Part shown: positions 23,676 to 36,561 of the stretch, one piece after another
Position numbering within the stretch: the stretch's first letter is position 1
Layout: each line of letters starts with the position of its first letter
Origin: Chiloscyllium plagiosum
Lineage: Eukaryota
Length of the DNA: 49,198 nucleotides
Direction of reading: 5' to 3'
NCBI RefSeq assembly: GCF_004010195.1
Contig: NC_057719.1
Location: 56,510,192 to 56,559,389 of the forward strand
Notes under the pieces: model-generated
Told to the model about the DNA's origin: nothing
Databases searched by the model: none
Seen by the model: the letters and a program-made list of their open reading frames with translations, nothing else
Program-made: the position numbers and the translations under genes

Positions 23676-25530
23676 GAGAGATTGTAGTCACATCATGGAA
23701 ACAGACACTTCAGCCCAACTACTCCATGCCGACCATGTTCCCAAATTAAAATAGTCTCATTTGCTTGCTTTTAGCCCATATCTCTCCAAATCATTCATTT
23801 TCATGTACTTATCCAAATGTCTTTTAAATGTTGTAATCGTGCCTACATCCATCACTTCCTCTGGCAGTTCATTCCACATATGAACCTCTCTGGAAAAATA
23901 TTGCACCTCATTTGCTTTTTAAAACCTTTCCTCTCACCTTAAAAATATGCTCCCTAGTTTTTAACTGCCCCTCCCTAGGGAAAAGACGTTTGCTATTCAT
24001 CTAATCCATGCTTCTCATGATTTTATAAATCTCTATAAAATCCCTTAACCTCCTGTTCTCCAGTGAAAAAAGTCCCAGCGCTATTTTTATAACTCAAACT
24101 TTCTATTCCCAGCAATATCCTGGTAAATCTTTTCTGAATCTTCTCTGGTTTAATAATATCCTTCTTATGTCAAGGCGGTCAGAATTACACACAGTATACT
24201 CCAGAAGAGGGCTCACCAACATCCTGTACAACCACAACATGACTTCTCAACTCCTATACTCCAAAAGTCTGAGCAATGAAGGCAAGTTTGCTAAATGCCT
24301 TCTTAATTTCCTTGTCTACCTGTAATGCAAATCTCAAAAATTAATGTACCTGAATCATTAGGTCACCCTGTTAAACGTGGAAAGTAGAACAATACAGCGC
24401 AGAACAGGCCCTTTGGCCCTCGATGTTGCGCCAACCAGTAAACTAATCTAAGCCCATCCCCCTACACTATCCCATCATCATCCATATGCTTATCCAAGTA
24501 CTGTTTAAATGCCCCTAAAGTGGCTGAGTTAACTACATTGGCAGGCAGGGCATTCCACGCCCTTACCACTCTCTGAGTAAGGAACCTGCCTCTGACATTT
24601 GTCTTAAATCTATCAACAACATGTCATAAGGCTTTATCAACGTACAATACCTCGCGTTTATCCAAATTAAACGCCATATGCCACTCCTCAGCCTACTTAT
24701 CCAGTTAATTAAGATCTCTTTGTACTCTTAAATAACCTTCTTCACTGTCCACAAGACCACGAATTTTGGTGTCATCTGCAAACTTACTAACCATATCTCC
24801 TATATTGTCATCTAAACTGTTTATATAAATAACAAACAAAAGTGGAACCAGCACCAATTCCTGTAGAACACCACTGGTCAGAAGACTCCAGTCCAAAATA
24901 CAACCCTTCACCATCACTCTTTGTCTCCTACCATAAAGCCAATTTTGTATCCAATTGGTAAGCTCACTCTGAATCCCATGTGATCTAAATTTACTAATTT
25001 GTCTACGTTGTCAAAGGCTTTACTAAAGTCCATGTAAACATGTCTAACACTCTGCCCTCAATACCCTTTTTGGTTACTTTCTCAAAAAAACTCATCCAAG
25101 TTTATGAGACACAATTTTCCTCACACAAAACTATCCTGACGACCCGTAATCGGTCCTTGCCTCTCCAAAAGCATTTAAATCCTATCTTTCAGAATCACCT
25201 CTAGCAACTTACCCGTCATCGATGTCAGGTTCATATATCTGCAGTTCCCAGGCTTCTCCTTTCTTAAATAAAGGATCAATGTTAGCCACCTTCCAGTCCT
25301 CTAGCACCTCACTTATTGTTTATAGGCACTTCACCCATTGTTAAAGGTAATCCAAATATTTCTGTTGGGGCCCTGCACTTTCTTCTCCAACTTCCCACAA
25401 CGTCCTGGGATACACTTGTTCATGGTGGTTCTGGAGATTTATCTGCCTTTATGGTTCCAAGATCTTCAGTACTTCCTTTTCTGTAATGTGAACTGTTTCA
25501 AAGTATTAAGATTTATTTTCTTGAATTCTC
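23676..25530 (-). mobile_element. CR1 LINE (RT and 3' end) with a nested CR1 3' end at ~24380-24615
   Basis: SGVLQELVLVPLLFVIYIN...SKFADDTK. The nested piece matches the 3' tail at ~34077-34320. Confidence 0.88.
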
Positions 25531-25867
25531 TAGCCTTCATTTCTTTCTCTTAACAGGCTGATTAGGAAACATCTAAAAGGTATCATTTGGTACAAATGGT
25601 TCAGCTTCTGTTTATGTAGCATTATACACACTTATGCTAGTCCATACAAAATGGGGCCGGGGAACTGTTTTACTGGATAAATGTAGATTTACTCTGAAAT
25701 CTTTCCTGAAAGTTATTTCTCTTTATATTTTTTTCGCTGCTTTACTCTCTTACACATTTTCTGCTGTCTTAATTAAATCCATGTGCTATCATTTTTTACC
25801 TTGGGTGTTTGCATTGATTCTGAAAAAATATCTCTCTTCAAAGAATTATAAATCAATTGCAGCTAAT

Positions 25868-26392
25868 CAAATTCTGGTCACCCTGTTATAGGAAGGATAT
25901 TAATGAGCTGGAGGGGGTTCAGAAGAGATTTACCAGTATGTTGCCAGGAGGGTTTGAATTATAAGGAGAGGCTAAATATGCTGGGACCTTCTTCAGTAGA
26001 GCGTAAGAGGTTGAGGAGGTGACCTTATAGAGAGTTATAAAACCATAAGGGGTATAGATAAGGTCAGTAGAAGGTGTCTTCTCACTGGCACAGGGCATTT
26101 CAAGACAAAGGGGCATATTTTTAAGGTAAGAGGGGAAAATTTTACAAAAAACATGAGGGTAAATTTTTTAAAAACTGAAAATAGTTCATGAGTGGAAAGA
26201 ACTTTCAGAGGAACTGGTGGATGTGGGTACAGCTACATTCAAAAGAAATTTAGGAAAGTACATGAATAAGAAATATATGGAAGGATATGGTCCAGGCATG
26301 GTCAAGTGGGACTAGTTTAGTTTGGAATTATGGTTGGCATTATTGAGTTGGATCAAAGGATCTGTTTCCATGCTGTGTGACTTTATGATTCT
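25868..26392 (+). mobile_element. CR1 LINE 3' fragment
   Basis: Reverse complement of the 19388-19930 type 3' end. Confidence 0.85.
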
Positions 26393-26675
26393 GTAAATAA
26401 ATTTGGAATACCAAGATGCTAAATGTCACCAAACAGATTAAACTGTGTTCAGATTAGTAGATTTAGTGGCCTTTAGGCTAATCAGGTACAGCAAAGAATT
26501 AGTACAAGAACACACGATCGGGACTGAAAATTGACAAGAATTTGAAGAACCAACTAAATTTCTGTCCTCATTGTCATTTAGTTATTCAGGAAGTGCTACT
26601 GCAGAAATATTTGCTTATATATTTACATTAGTTGATTAATCTAATCAAGATTTCTTCTCCTTTTACTTTATCTAG

Positions 26676-26871
26676 TTCTGAAGATGATCCCTTTTTGTTA
26701 TACGCAACTATGCATTCAGGCAATCATTGTAAATTCCTTAGTAGAGACCTCATGCGGGATCACAAAGCTTGTTTGTCTGACCAGAATACCCGAAGACTGT
26801 TTTTCAAGTGGCAACGTGGACACCAGCTTGTGCTGTCAAGGTACAATCCAGGGAACAGAATGAAATTTGAG
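26676..26871 (+). CDS. PRORP: PRORP penultimate coding exon (catalytic NYN aspartates)
   Basis: Polypyrimidine tract, tctag|...|gtgag, 196 nt, [33 protein letters not shown]...[10 protein letters not shown]; conserved EDD and RDLMRDH motifs. Confidence 0.97.
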
Positions 26872-28075
26872 GTGAGAGAGGCACACTGAACAGCATTTGA
26901 GAGAAAAAAAAATCCCTCTAATCCACCTGACAGAACTTGTTTTGTGTGTTTCTTTTAAGGAGCAAAGCTTAATAAATTATTCTGGTTCAGAGGTGTAAAT
27001 TTCATGTTTTGAGTTGTAATGCCTATCCTGAGAAGGAACTCTTGTGTTCTCAAAGTTGATGTGAAGTGAGAATTATCCTGATCTAAGCTCTGACCATATG
27101 CTTTTTTTCACATCTAACACCAAGTTAGATTAACTCACATAGATAAGAACTTCTATTTCCGGAAAAGTAGTCTAGAAATGTATGTCTGAAACAAACAATA
27201 GACCTATTTTGTGATTCCTGGACTTTTGTGAAAGGTTTTCACTATGTACCCACGTTGCTTCTATTGTTATTTTTATCAGTCAGAGCAAATTTTTTCCCAT
27301 CTACTAGTATGACCAAATATATGTATTCATAAAGCGCTAAAGGAAATTACCATGTCTGTTAAAATATTTGACATGAGAAAAAAAAAATTGGAGAGGCTCT
27401 GAGATCTGGCAGCTGTAGAAAGAGAAGATGAGTTGAAATGTTGGATGGAAAATTAAAGGGGGGAAAACATGATTTCTGTCTCCCAACCCCAGAAATAAGT
27501 CTTCCAACAGTCAACTGGGTGGTCTAGGCAAACTCCTAGTAGAAGTTCAAAACTTCTCAGAGCTCCACAGTGCAAAGTTTCAAGACAGATGGAATCCAGA
27601 TCAAGCTAAATCTAGGGGCCCTGGGCTGAAAAATGTTCATCTGCTTTTTCTTTGATTATATCCATTTATTCAACCATAAACTTTTTGAATATCTCACCTG
27701 CCAAATGAGTCATTTCACACCTTTCTTCGCGAGATCAAAAGATTATCTTTTCATAGGTAATGTATGGCTTTGACTGAAATCTGTATCATTTGGTGTCCTT
27801 AATTGTCCAAAGAAATTTAAGCTGTGGAAAACTTTTAAATTCTTCTGACAGTAACAGATACACCACCTCTCAACAATACATAGAATTCTAAAAACAATTT
27901 ATGGAATGTTATTCTCTGCAGATTGCTTATGTTTTCTAAACATTGGTTAAACTTAATTGCTTACATGGACTTTCAAATAATAATTTTTGGTGAGAGGAAC
28001 ATTATCTATTTTTAGTTGTAATAATCAGTTTCCTTTGACATTGATAGTTTTAAAAATGCATATATTTCCCTGCAG

Positions 28076-28207
28076 ATCATATCAAAATATGACACCATAG
28101 TACAGACTACACCAGATACTTGGCACATACCATATGATGAAGAAGGTGTTGAGAGATGTTCCTACGAAGTTCCACGTAAATGGTTGTGTCTTCGAAAACA
28201 TAACTGA
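28076..28207 (+). CDS. PRORP: PRORP last coding exon
   Basis: ctgcag| [43 protein letters not shown]; zinc-binding WHIP and WLC motifs. Confidence 0.96.
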   Translation: MISKYDTIVQTTPDTWHIPYDEEGVERCSYEVPRKWLCLRKHN

Positions 28208-28219
28208 AGAGAAGCAGTG

Positions 28220-28225
28220 AATAAA
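28220..28225 (+). terminator. Candidate PRORP polyadenylation signal
   Basis: AATAAA 12 nt after the stop codon, followed by a GT/T-rich stretch. Confidence 0.5.
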
Positions 28226-28814
28226 AATTTTGCTGCCTGTTCTTTGTTTTAAGGAGTTGTTGTATTCTGTTTTTATGTTTGATATTTATTTAGTCAATAT
28301 TTTGTTCTATTTCCCAAATTTCTTCAACATTTTCCACTTTTTCTTTTATAGCACTTGTGGTTCAGTACAAATTTCCAGGTGTCAATAGTCTTCTACTACC
28401 TCAGCCAAATGACTATTCTTCCTGTGGCTGTCAAGATGGTATCAGCTGCATTTTGAACCTGGTGATATTGTCACCAAAACTAATATGACCCCCACGTAGC
28501 ATAGTTTTTTTTTAATATATCCTACATAGCATAATGGGTAGTTATCATGATATATAGCAAAACAACAAAAGTTGTTTTCTCCTTCCCTTGATTCCCACAC
28601 CCACATCAATTTCTGTCAGTCAATCAAGCAATTTAATCAATAACTTTTAAAAATTCAATGAAAATGCTGATCAACTAAGTTAAGTCAATGTAATGGCTTA
28701 TTAGATTCCCTGGCAAGTTATCCTGATCGAGTTCCACTAACTCAGTTCAGATAAAGAATTCAGACTTATTGATCTTTATATGACCTAATCACCACATCAT
28801 GTACCAATATTTAA

Positions 28815-28925
28815 CAAACAAAAACAGAGAATGCTGGAGAGACTCAGCAAGTCTGGCAGCATTTGTGAAGAGAAAACAAAGTGAACGTTTTGAGTCTGGT
28901 GACTATTCTTCAGAACTGCCAGCAA
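28815..28925 (-). mobile_element. Penelope-terminus fragment (related copies at ~29325-29420, ~33788-33885, ~33935-34035, ~27385-27435)
   Basis: Shared gctggagagactcagcaagtctggcagcat...gttttgagtc...ttcttcagaact; decayed hammerhead-like core on the minus strand. Confidence 0.6.
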
Positions 28926-29743
28926 TTTCCCTCCAGCAATTTGTTTTCGTTTGTTTCAAATCTACAGTGTTCCTTGTTTTGTTATTATGTACCAGTATGT
29001 CACTGGTAAAATCTGATTGCATTGTTAAATTAAGCATTCAGTATTATTTGCCTCTTAGATTACCAAAGGGCTTCTGTGATGTAGATGATTGTCTTGGGTA
29101 TGTAAAATTGCATTATGTCTGCTCAGTCAGTTCATATTCAAATTAAAGTAGTATTTCTTGTTATCTCTTGGTGAGAAAACAGGAATGTTCCATTTCAAAA
29201 AAAAAGTTCCATTCTTTAAAAAGAATGTTTTTTAATTGAAGAATCGTATTAATATTTCTCAGATTAACATGGAAAATTTAGCTTTGTATAACCTAATAGC
29301 CACATCGTGTACCAATATGTAACAAACAGAAATTGCTGGAGAGATTCAGCAAGTCAGGCAACATCTGTGAAAAAAAAAAGTAAATGTTTTGAGTCCAATG
29401 TCTCTTCTTCAGAACTGCCAGCTGTCATATAGTTTCTTCAAATAGGTTTGATTTCTAACCTCTAACAAAATGATTTTTCAAGCTTCATCAAAATCAGCGG
29501 CTACGCTTACTTAATTTTCTCAATGTTGCTAGTGCCTAACTTAAATCCTTGACAGAAATTGTCATGTGAATTATCTAGCAATAAAATCTGAAGCATTTAT
29601 ATGGTAATTGCATGTCCAGCAATCTTGGAAGTATTGAATTCTACAACATAACACAGAACATTGGGCTTATAAGGCATATACCATATATTTTGCTGCATTG
29701 AAGTCTTCTCCTCTACTTACCGTCCCTTGTTTATTTCCCCATA

Positions 29744-29968
29744 CAGGTCATTCTGCTATAACACGACAGTTGTGTTCCTCTGCATCCTCCCGCTATAGAA
29801 AATTATGCTATGGAAAACCACTTCTAAACCATGTTTAGAAGATTGCCAATACAAAATCGCTTTACCCGTTGAGTAGAAAATTCCCTTTATCCAAACAACA
29901 TCCACAATTCGTAATCGCGATATAGCTAATTCGCGCTTACGAAACACGCTTTTTAACAGAATGACCTG
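29744..29968. mobile_element. Tc1/mariner-superfamily (pogo/Tigger-like) MITE, 225 bp
   Basis: TA|CAGGTCATTCTG...CAGAATGACCTG|TA: 12-bp perfect TIR (18 bp with 2 mismatches) and TA TSD. Confidence 0.88.
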
Positions 29969-31436
29969 TACCCAGATACTTAATTATTCCTATTCTTGCA
30001 GTTATTTCATTCTATATCAAAAGGACTGTGTTTCAACAGTTTTGGTTTCTATCTTAATTTTTACTTTTGGGAGACCAACTGTTAGAGCATATCATCTGGT
30101 TGGGGGATGTGGGGGTGGGACCTATTTTTAGTCCCTGAGCTCATTCAAGTAGAACCAGCAAGTTGTGGGCAACAAATGGCACAGATTGTCTAATATCTGG
30201 TGGCGTGGAAGCCTTTGGGTTTGAAGCATACACTTAATTTGGGGACCAGGAAGGGGAGAAACCTAGTTTGGCATTGGGCCAAATTTACAACTTGAAGGCC
30301 TTTCTGTTCTGTCAGCAGTGGAATTGGTTAAATAGCTAGTTCTAGCATAAGAATACATCCTCGACTCCAGTATGTATATTAAAAGAGGCTTATCTATAAA
30401 ATAAATGATGCTGTGTCCACCCAAAGATGTCAATGCTTTCAGTAATGTTGATAATCTGATCATCAGTGTGGTAAGTTGACTGACTTCATTCTGATACCAT
30501 TACCACGTATGGTAACATTAATTCTGGCAAATTAATATTTATTTCACAGAACATCCATTTCCTATTTCATCATAGCTGCTATCACATTGAATCCAACTGT
30601 GTCTTCATCTAGAACTCATAAGTGAACTTTCTAGCAATACAGCTGAAAGACCAGTTGGGAAAAAGCCTGGCCTATTTTTACATCTATGAATAAGGAATGC
30701 TAAAAGTCGTAATTCTAACTGCAACAATCAATACCAGAATATGACCAGTATGCCAAGGATACTAACAGAAGGATCAAATATGAGTCCCAGATTGCACAGG
30801 TGAATGTGGGACTGTGGATGAAATTGTACCAGCAGCAGTTAATTAATAAGCTACAGCCAGGACCACCACTCTGTTAATGATGGTGAGCTGCCACTCAGCT
30901 GCCAACACAATTAAAGGAGTGGTAATATGGTAGTCTCAGCAGTGGGCAATGAATGAGGTGTCCACTGTTAAGACAAAGTGTAAGGAGATGTCTCAAATTT
31001 GAGATGCCCTTGGAAGAGTTTAGAAGAAAGTCTTAATATAGGTAGGTAGGCCCAAGTGATCAGAGAAGCAAACCCTGTGGTGATGGTATTGAAGCTGTAG
31101 TGGGGCCATTGCTGCCAGTGACTGATCCATAGACCATGGAGCATCCTGAGAAGTCATAAGAAGCTGCATTATCATGCCGAGCAATTGACCAGTGTAATGA
31201 AGGGTACATTGTAACCATGATAAATGTGACTGTTTATATGCCAGGAGCTGCAGAATTGCTTCTTTAGTACACACAAATAATCTGGTCTTACAAATTTCTG
31301 GGAGCTGCTCTTTGAGACTTGCAGCTAAGAGTCAGCTTGAATAAGTTTTTTTTCCTTGACAATCATGCAATTTTGGATAGCTTACAATCAATCAAAATGA
31401 TTGTGCAATGTGTTCTAAAATGGCTGAATACTACAT

Positions 31437-31877
31437 GAGTGATCTGGAGGAAAGTGTAGGAAGTCTGATTAGTACTTTTGTGGATGACACTAAAATTGGC
31501 AGAGTTACGGATAGTGAGGAGGATTGTCAAGGGATATAGTGGAATAAGGATAGATTGCAGCTTTGGGCAGAAATGGCAGTTGGAGTTTAATCCAAACAAA
31601 TGTGAGGTGATGCATTTTGGAAGATCAAATTCCAGTGCAAATTATACAATAAATGGCAGAACCCATTGACATATAGAGAGATCTGGACATACAAGTGCAC
31701 AGATCCTTGAAAGAGGCAACATAGATGGATAAGATGGTCAAGAAAATACACAGCACACTTGCCTTTATCGGCCGGGGCAATAAATATAAACATTGGCAAG
31801 CTATGTTATAGCTATTTAAAACTTAGGCCACATTTGGAATATTGCATGCAGTTCTGATCACCACACTACCAAAAGGT
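31437..31877 (+). mobile_element. CR1 RT fragment
   Basis: FVDDTKIG and KWQLEFNPNKCEVMHFGRSN. Confidence 0.85.
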
Positions 31878-32520
31878 GAGGCAATCTCCCAACACATCGA
31901 GGTCTGTTTGTAATAGATTAGCATCCTGTAGTTATAATTTTTATGCACACTTTATATCAATCACAAATTTGTAAATCACATGTCAACACATGCATCTTGT
32001 TACTTTTTTTGTATTTTATTGATGATCATCAATTTCTATTAGATATCACTAAGTTTATCCAAATATGTTGATAAGTACTTTCTATCTACAGCTACTCAAT
32101 TGATTCTAAATTTAACAGCAAATTATCACAAAATTCTATCTTATAGTGGGTTCACTTTCCAGGTGGCTCTTATTCAGTGTGTTCATACTGAATCATTTTT
32201 CACCATGAAATTGTAACTACAATTGTAGAATTCTCAGTTTAATTTTTAATGAATGTTTTACATTGTCATGGATAAAACAGGGAGGTGATTTTTTTTGTCT
32301 TCTGATCATAAGAGTTGATTTTTTTTTAATTTCAGTTCCACTTCAAAATTAGTTGAATTTAAATGATGAGCAATAAACTCTCTTTAGGATAAAAACCAAA
32401 AGGATGATTTATTCAAATAGTCATCCAGGGAATAAGCACACACAAACATTAAAGAAGTAAAAGAAGTGACGATTGTAAACGACTAAAGCGTATGAGCATT
32501 AATTCACGTGAATCAGAAAT

Positions 32521-32832
32521 CAGTGGTTCAGTGATTAGCACTGCTGCCTCACAGCACCAGGGACCCGGGTTCGATTCCTGCCTTGGGCAACTGTCTGTGT
32601 GGAGTTTGCACATTCTCCCCGTGTCTGCATGGGTTTCCTCTGGGTTCTCCAGTTTCCTCCCCCATGCCAAAGATGTGCAGGCCAGGTGAATTGGCCATGC
32701 TAAATTGTCCATGGTGTTAAGTGTGTTAATCAGGGGTAAATATAGGGTAGGGGAATGGGTTTGGGTGGGTTACTCTGTAGAGGGGCGGTAAGGACTTATT
32801 GGGCCAAAGAGCCTTTTTCCACACTGTAGAAA
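32521..32832 (+). mobile_element. HE1-like SINE
   Basis: Same head, V-domain and tail as the other copies. Confidence 0.88.
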
Positions 32833-32838
32833 ATCTTT

Positions 32839-33030
32839 TTAGATTAGATTAGATTACTTACAGTGTGGAAACAGGCCCTTCGGCCCAACAAGTCCATTCC
32901 GACCCGCCAAAGCGCAACCCACACAGACCCATTACCCTACATTTACCCCTTCTACTAACACTACGGGCAATTTAGCATGGCCAATTCACCTAACCTACAC
33001 ATTTTTGGACTGTGGGAGGAAACCAGAACA
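32839..33030 (-). mobile_element. HE1-like SINE 3' half, tail-to-tail with the preceding copy
   Basis: tagattagattagattacttacagtgtggaaacaggccc...gggaggaaaccagaacacc. Confidence 0.88.
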
Positions 33031-36000
33031 CCCGCTAATCTAATTTCAACAGAATTTACTGTTCCAGCAGAATCCTGTTTCATAGAAACTTGGATACATA
33101 TTAATTCAGTCAAAAGCATAGCAAGTATAGCTTTTATAGACTGGGAGTTAGTTCACTTTTTAAATAGTATACAAGATTATTCCTATAAATCAGGCTTGGG
33201 AGAGGTTGCGGTGAGAAGTAGGCTTTAGGTGAGACTGGAACTGTTAGTTATGTGTCTCAATATTGAAAAACGCTTAGAAAGTTCAGAGTTATATATTTAA
33301 ATCAGGATTTTCAGTCCTAGATGGAATAATTCAAGCTAAAGAGGTAATTTTGTTGTGTCTTGCAGGATATAACTGTTGAGTTATTAGCTGAAATGGGTTT
33401 GAATATGTTGAGAACTAGTTTTGAGTAGTGTTTGTGATCCTTTGCGAGGGTTTTACTGATTTGTTCATTCAGATGGGAGATGTGAAAATTGAGCAGGATG
33501 AATTAGCTTTTTCTCCTGGTAACTGATGTATATTTCAAGAAGCAACTGACTTCCTTATGCTTTGTTTAAAACAAGCAAAAGTTCATTTTTAAAAAAACAT
33601 TAAAAAATAACTTAATTACTTCAGATCTCTCTTCATGACTTATGGGCATAACATTCTTCAACACTAATCACTTATTTTCAATATATATATTCTGGAAAAG
33701 AATACATTAAACAACACTACAATCAATGTTGACTGACGTACTCTGCAAGCGGTGCAAAGTTTTAACGATAAACAATACATTAGAATGCTCAAGAAGGGTC
33801 ACTGGACTTGAAACCTTAACACTGCTTTCTCTCACAGAAGCTGCCAACCTGCTGAGCTTCACCAGCAATTTCTGTTTTTGTTTCATTGTTTTCCCTTGTT
33901 ACTTTTAGAGCACAAGTGGAAAATTCTGATACAACAAAGGAAATTGCTAGAGAAATTCATCAGGTCTGACGGCATCTGTGAAGAGAAAACTGAGTTAACA
34001 GTTCACGGGTCTAGTGATTCTTCTTTAGAATTGATGGTAGCTAGGAGCCAGTGGTATGTATGCTGAAGACACAGGGAGAACATTACAGTGCAGTACGGGC
34101 CCTTCAGTCTTTGATGTTGCATCTACCTGTGGAACCAATCTGAAGGCCATCTAGCCTACACTATTCCATTTTCATCCATATGTTTATCCAATGTCCATTT
34201 AAATGCCCTTAAAGTTGGCAAATCTATTACTATTGCAGGAAGGGTGTTCCACGTCCTTACTACTCACAGAGTAAAGAAACTACCTCTGATATCTGTCCTA
34301 TATCTATCACCCTCAGTTTAAAGCTATGTCCCTTGTGTTAGCCATCACTATCTGAGGAAAAAGGCATTCACAATCCATCCAAACTAACCCTCTGATTATC
34401 TTATATGTCTCAATTTAGTCACCTGTCAACCGTCTCTCTAACAAAAATAGGAAAGTCCCTCAGCCTTTCCTATAAGACTTTCCCTCCATACGAGACAACA
34501 TCCTAGTAAAGTTCCTCTGAACCCTTTCCAAAGCTTCCACATCTTTCCCATAATGTGGTGACCAAAACTGTACACAATACTCCAAGTGTAGCTGCACAAG
34601 CGTTTTGTACAGCTGCAACATGACCTCATGGCTCCAAAACACAATCCCTCTACCAATAAAATATACCACACCATATGGCTTCTTAACAACCCTATCAACC
34701 TGGGTGGGAACTTTCAGGGATCTATGTACATGGACACTGAGATCTCTCTACTCATCTACACTACCAAGAATCTTACCATTAGTCCATTACTCTTCATTCC
34801 TGTTGCTCCTTTCAAAGTAAATCATCTCCCACTTTTCTGCATTAAACTCCATTTGCCACTTCTCAGCCCAGCTCTGCAGCTTACTTATGTCCCTCTGTGA
34901 ACTGCAACATCCTTCGGTTCTATCCACAACTCCACCAACCTTAGTGTCATCCACAAATTTACTAACCCATCGTTCTACGCCCTCATCTAGGTAATTTGTA
35001 AAAATGACAAGCAGCAGTGGCTCCAAACAAATTCTTGTGGTACACTACTAGTAACTGAATTCCAGGATAAACACTTTCCATCAACCACCACCTTCTGTCT
35101 TCTTTCAGCTAGTCAATTTCTGAACCAAACCACTAAATCACCCTTAATCCCATGCCTCCATATTTTGTGCCATGGCCTACCATAGGGAACTTTATCAAAC
35201 GCCTTACTGAAATCCATATACACTACATCAACCACTTTACCCTCATCCACCTGTTTGGTCACCTTCTCAAAGAACCCGATAAGGTTTATGAGGCACAACC
35301 TACCCTTCACAAAACGGCGTTGACTATCCCTAATCAATTTATTCCTTTCTAGATGATTATACATCCTAGCTCTTATAATCTTTTCCAATACTTTACCCAC
35401 AACCAAAAGTAGGGCTCACTGATCTATAATTACCAGCATTGTCTCTACTCCCCTTTTTGAACAAGGGGACAACATTTGCTATCCTCCAGTTTTCTGGCAC
35501 TATTCCTGTTGACAAGGACGACATAAAGATCAAAGGCTCTGCAATCTCCTCCCTGGCCTCCCAGAGAATCCTAGGATAAGTCCCATCTGGCCCAGATGAC
35601 CCATCTATTTTCACACTTTCCAGAATAGCTAACACCTCCTCCTTGTGAACCTCAATCCCATCTAATCTAGTAGCATGTATCTCAATATTCTCCTTGACAA
35701 TGTTGTCTTTTCCTAGTGTGAAGACTGATGAAAAATATTCATTTAACATTTCCCCTATCTCCTTGGACTTCACACACAACTTCTCACGACTGTCCTTGAT
35801 TGGCCTTAGTCTTACTCTAGTCATTCTTCTATTCGTGATATACCTATAGAATGCTTGAGGGTTTTTGTTTATCCTATCTGCCAATGACTTCTAATGTCCT
35901 CTCCTGGCTCTCTTTAGGTCTTTCCTGGCTAACTTGTAACTCTCAAGTGCCCTAACTGACCTTTCACATCTCACCCTAACATAAGCCTTCTTCTTCCTCT

Positions 36001-36338
36001 TGACAAGAAATTCAACTTCTTTAGTAAACCACAGTTCCCTCACTCGATCACTTCCACCCTGCCTGACAAGTGCATTCTTATCAAGGCCACGCAGTAGCTG
36101 TTCCTTGAACAAGCTCCACATTTCAATTGTGCCCATCCCCTGCAGTTTCCTTCCTCATCCTATGCATCCTAAATCTTGCCTACATGCATCATAATTGCCT
36201 TTCCCCCAGCTATAACTCTTGTCCTGCAGTATATACCTATCCCTTTCCATCACAAAGTAAACATAACTGAATTGTGGTCACTATCACCAAAGTGCTCACC
36301 TACCTCCAATCTAATAGCTGGCCTGGTTCATTACTCAG

Positions 36339-36561
36339 GAGAAAGTGAGGTCTGCAGATGCTGGAGATCAGAGCTGGAAATGTGTTGCTGGAAAAGCGCA
36401 GCAGGTCAGGCAGCATCCAGGGAACAGGAGAATCGACGTTTCGGGCATAAGCCCTTCTTCAGGATTCCTGAAGAAGGGCTTATGCTCGAAACGTCGATTC
36501 TCCTGTTCCCTGGATGCTGCCTGACCTGCTGCGCTTTTCCAGCAACACATTTTCAGCTCTG
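36339..36561. mobile_element. Palindromic Penelope-terminus insert with back-to-back minimal hammerhead motifs
   Basis: Arms 36369-36464 and 36466-36561 are reverse complements with 2 mismatches; each strand reads CTGAAGA-AGGGCTTATGC(C/T)C-GAAA-CGTC. Confidence 0.85.
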
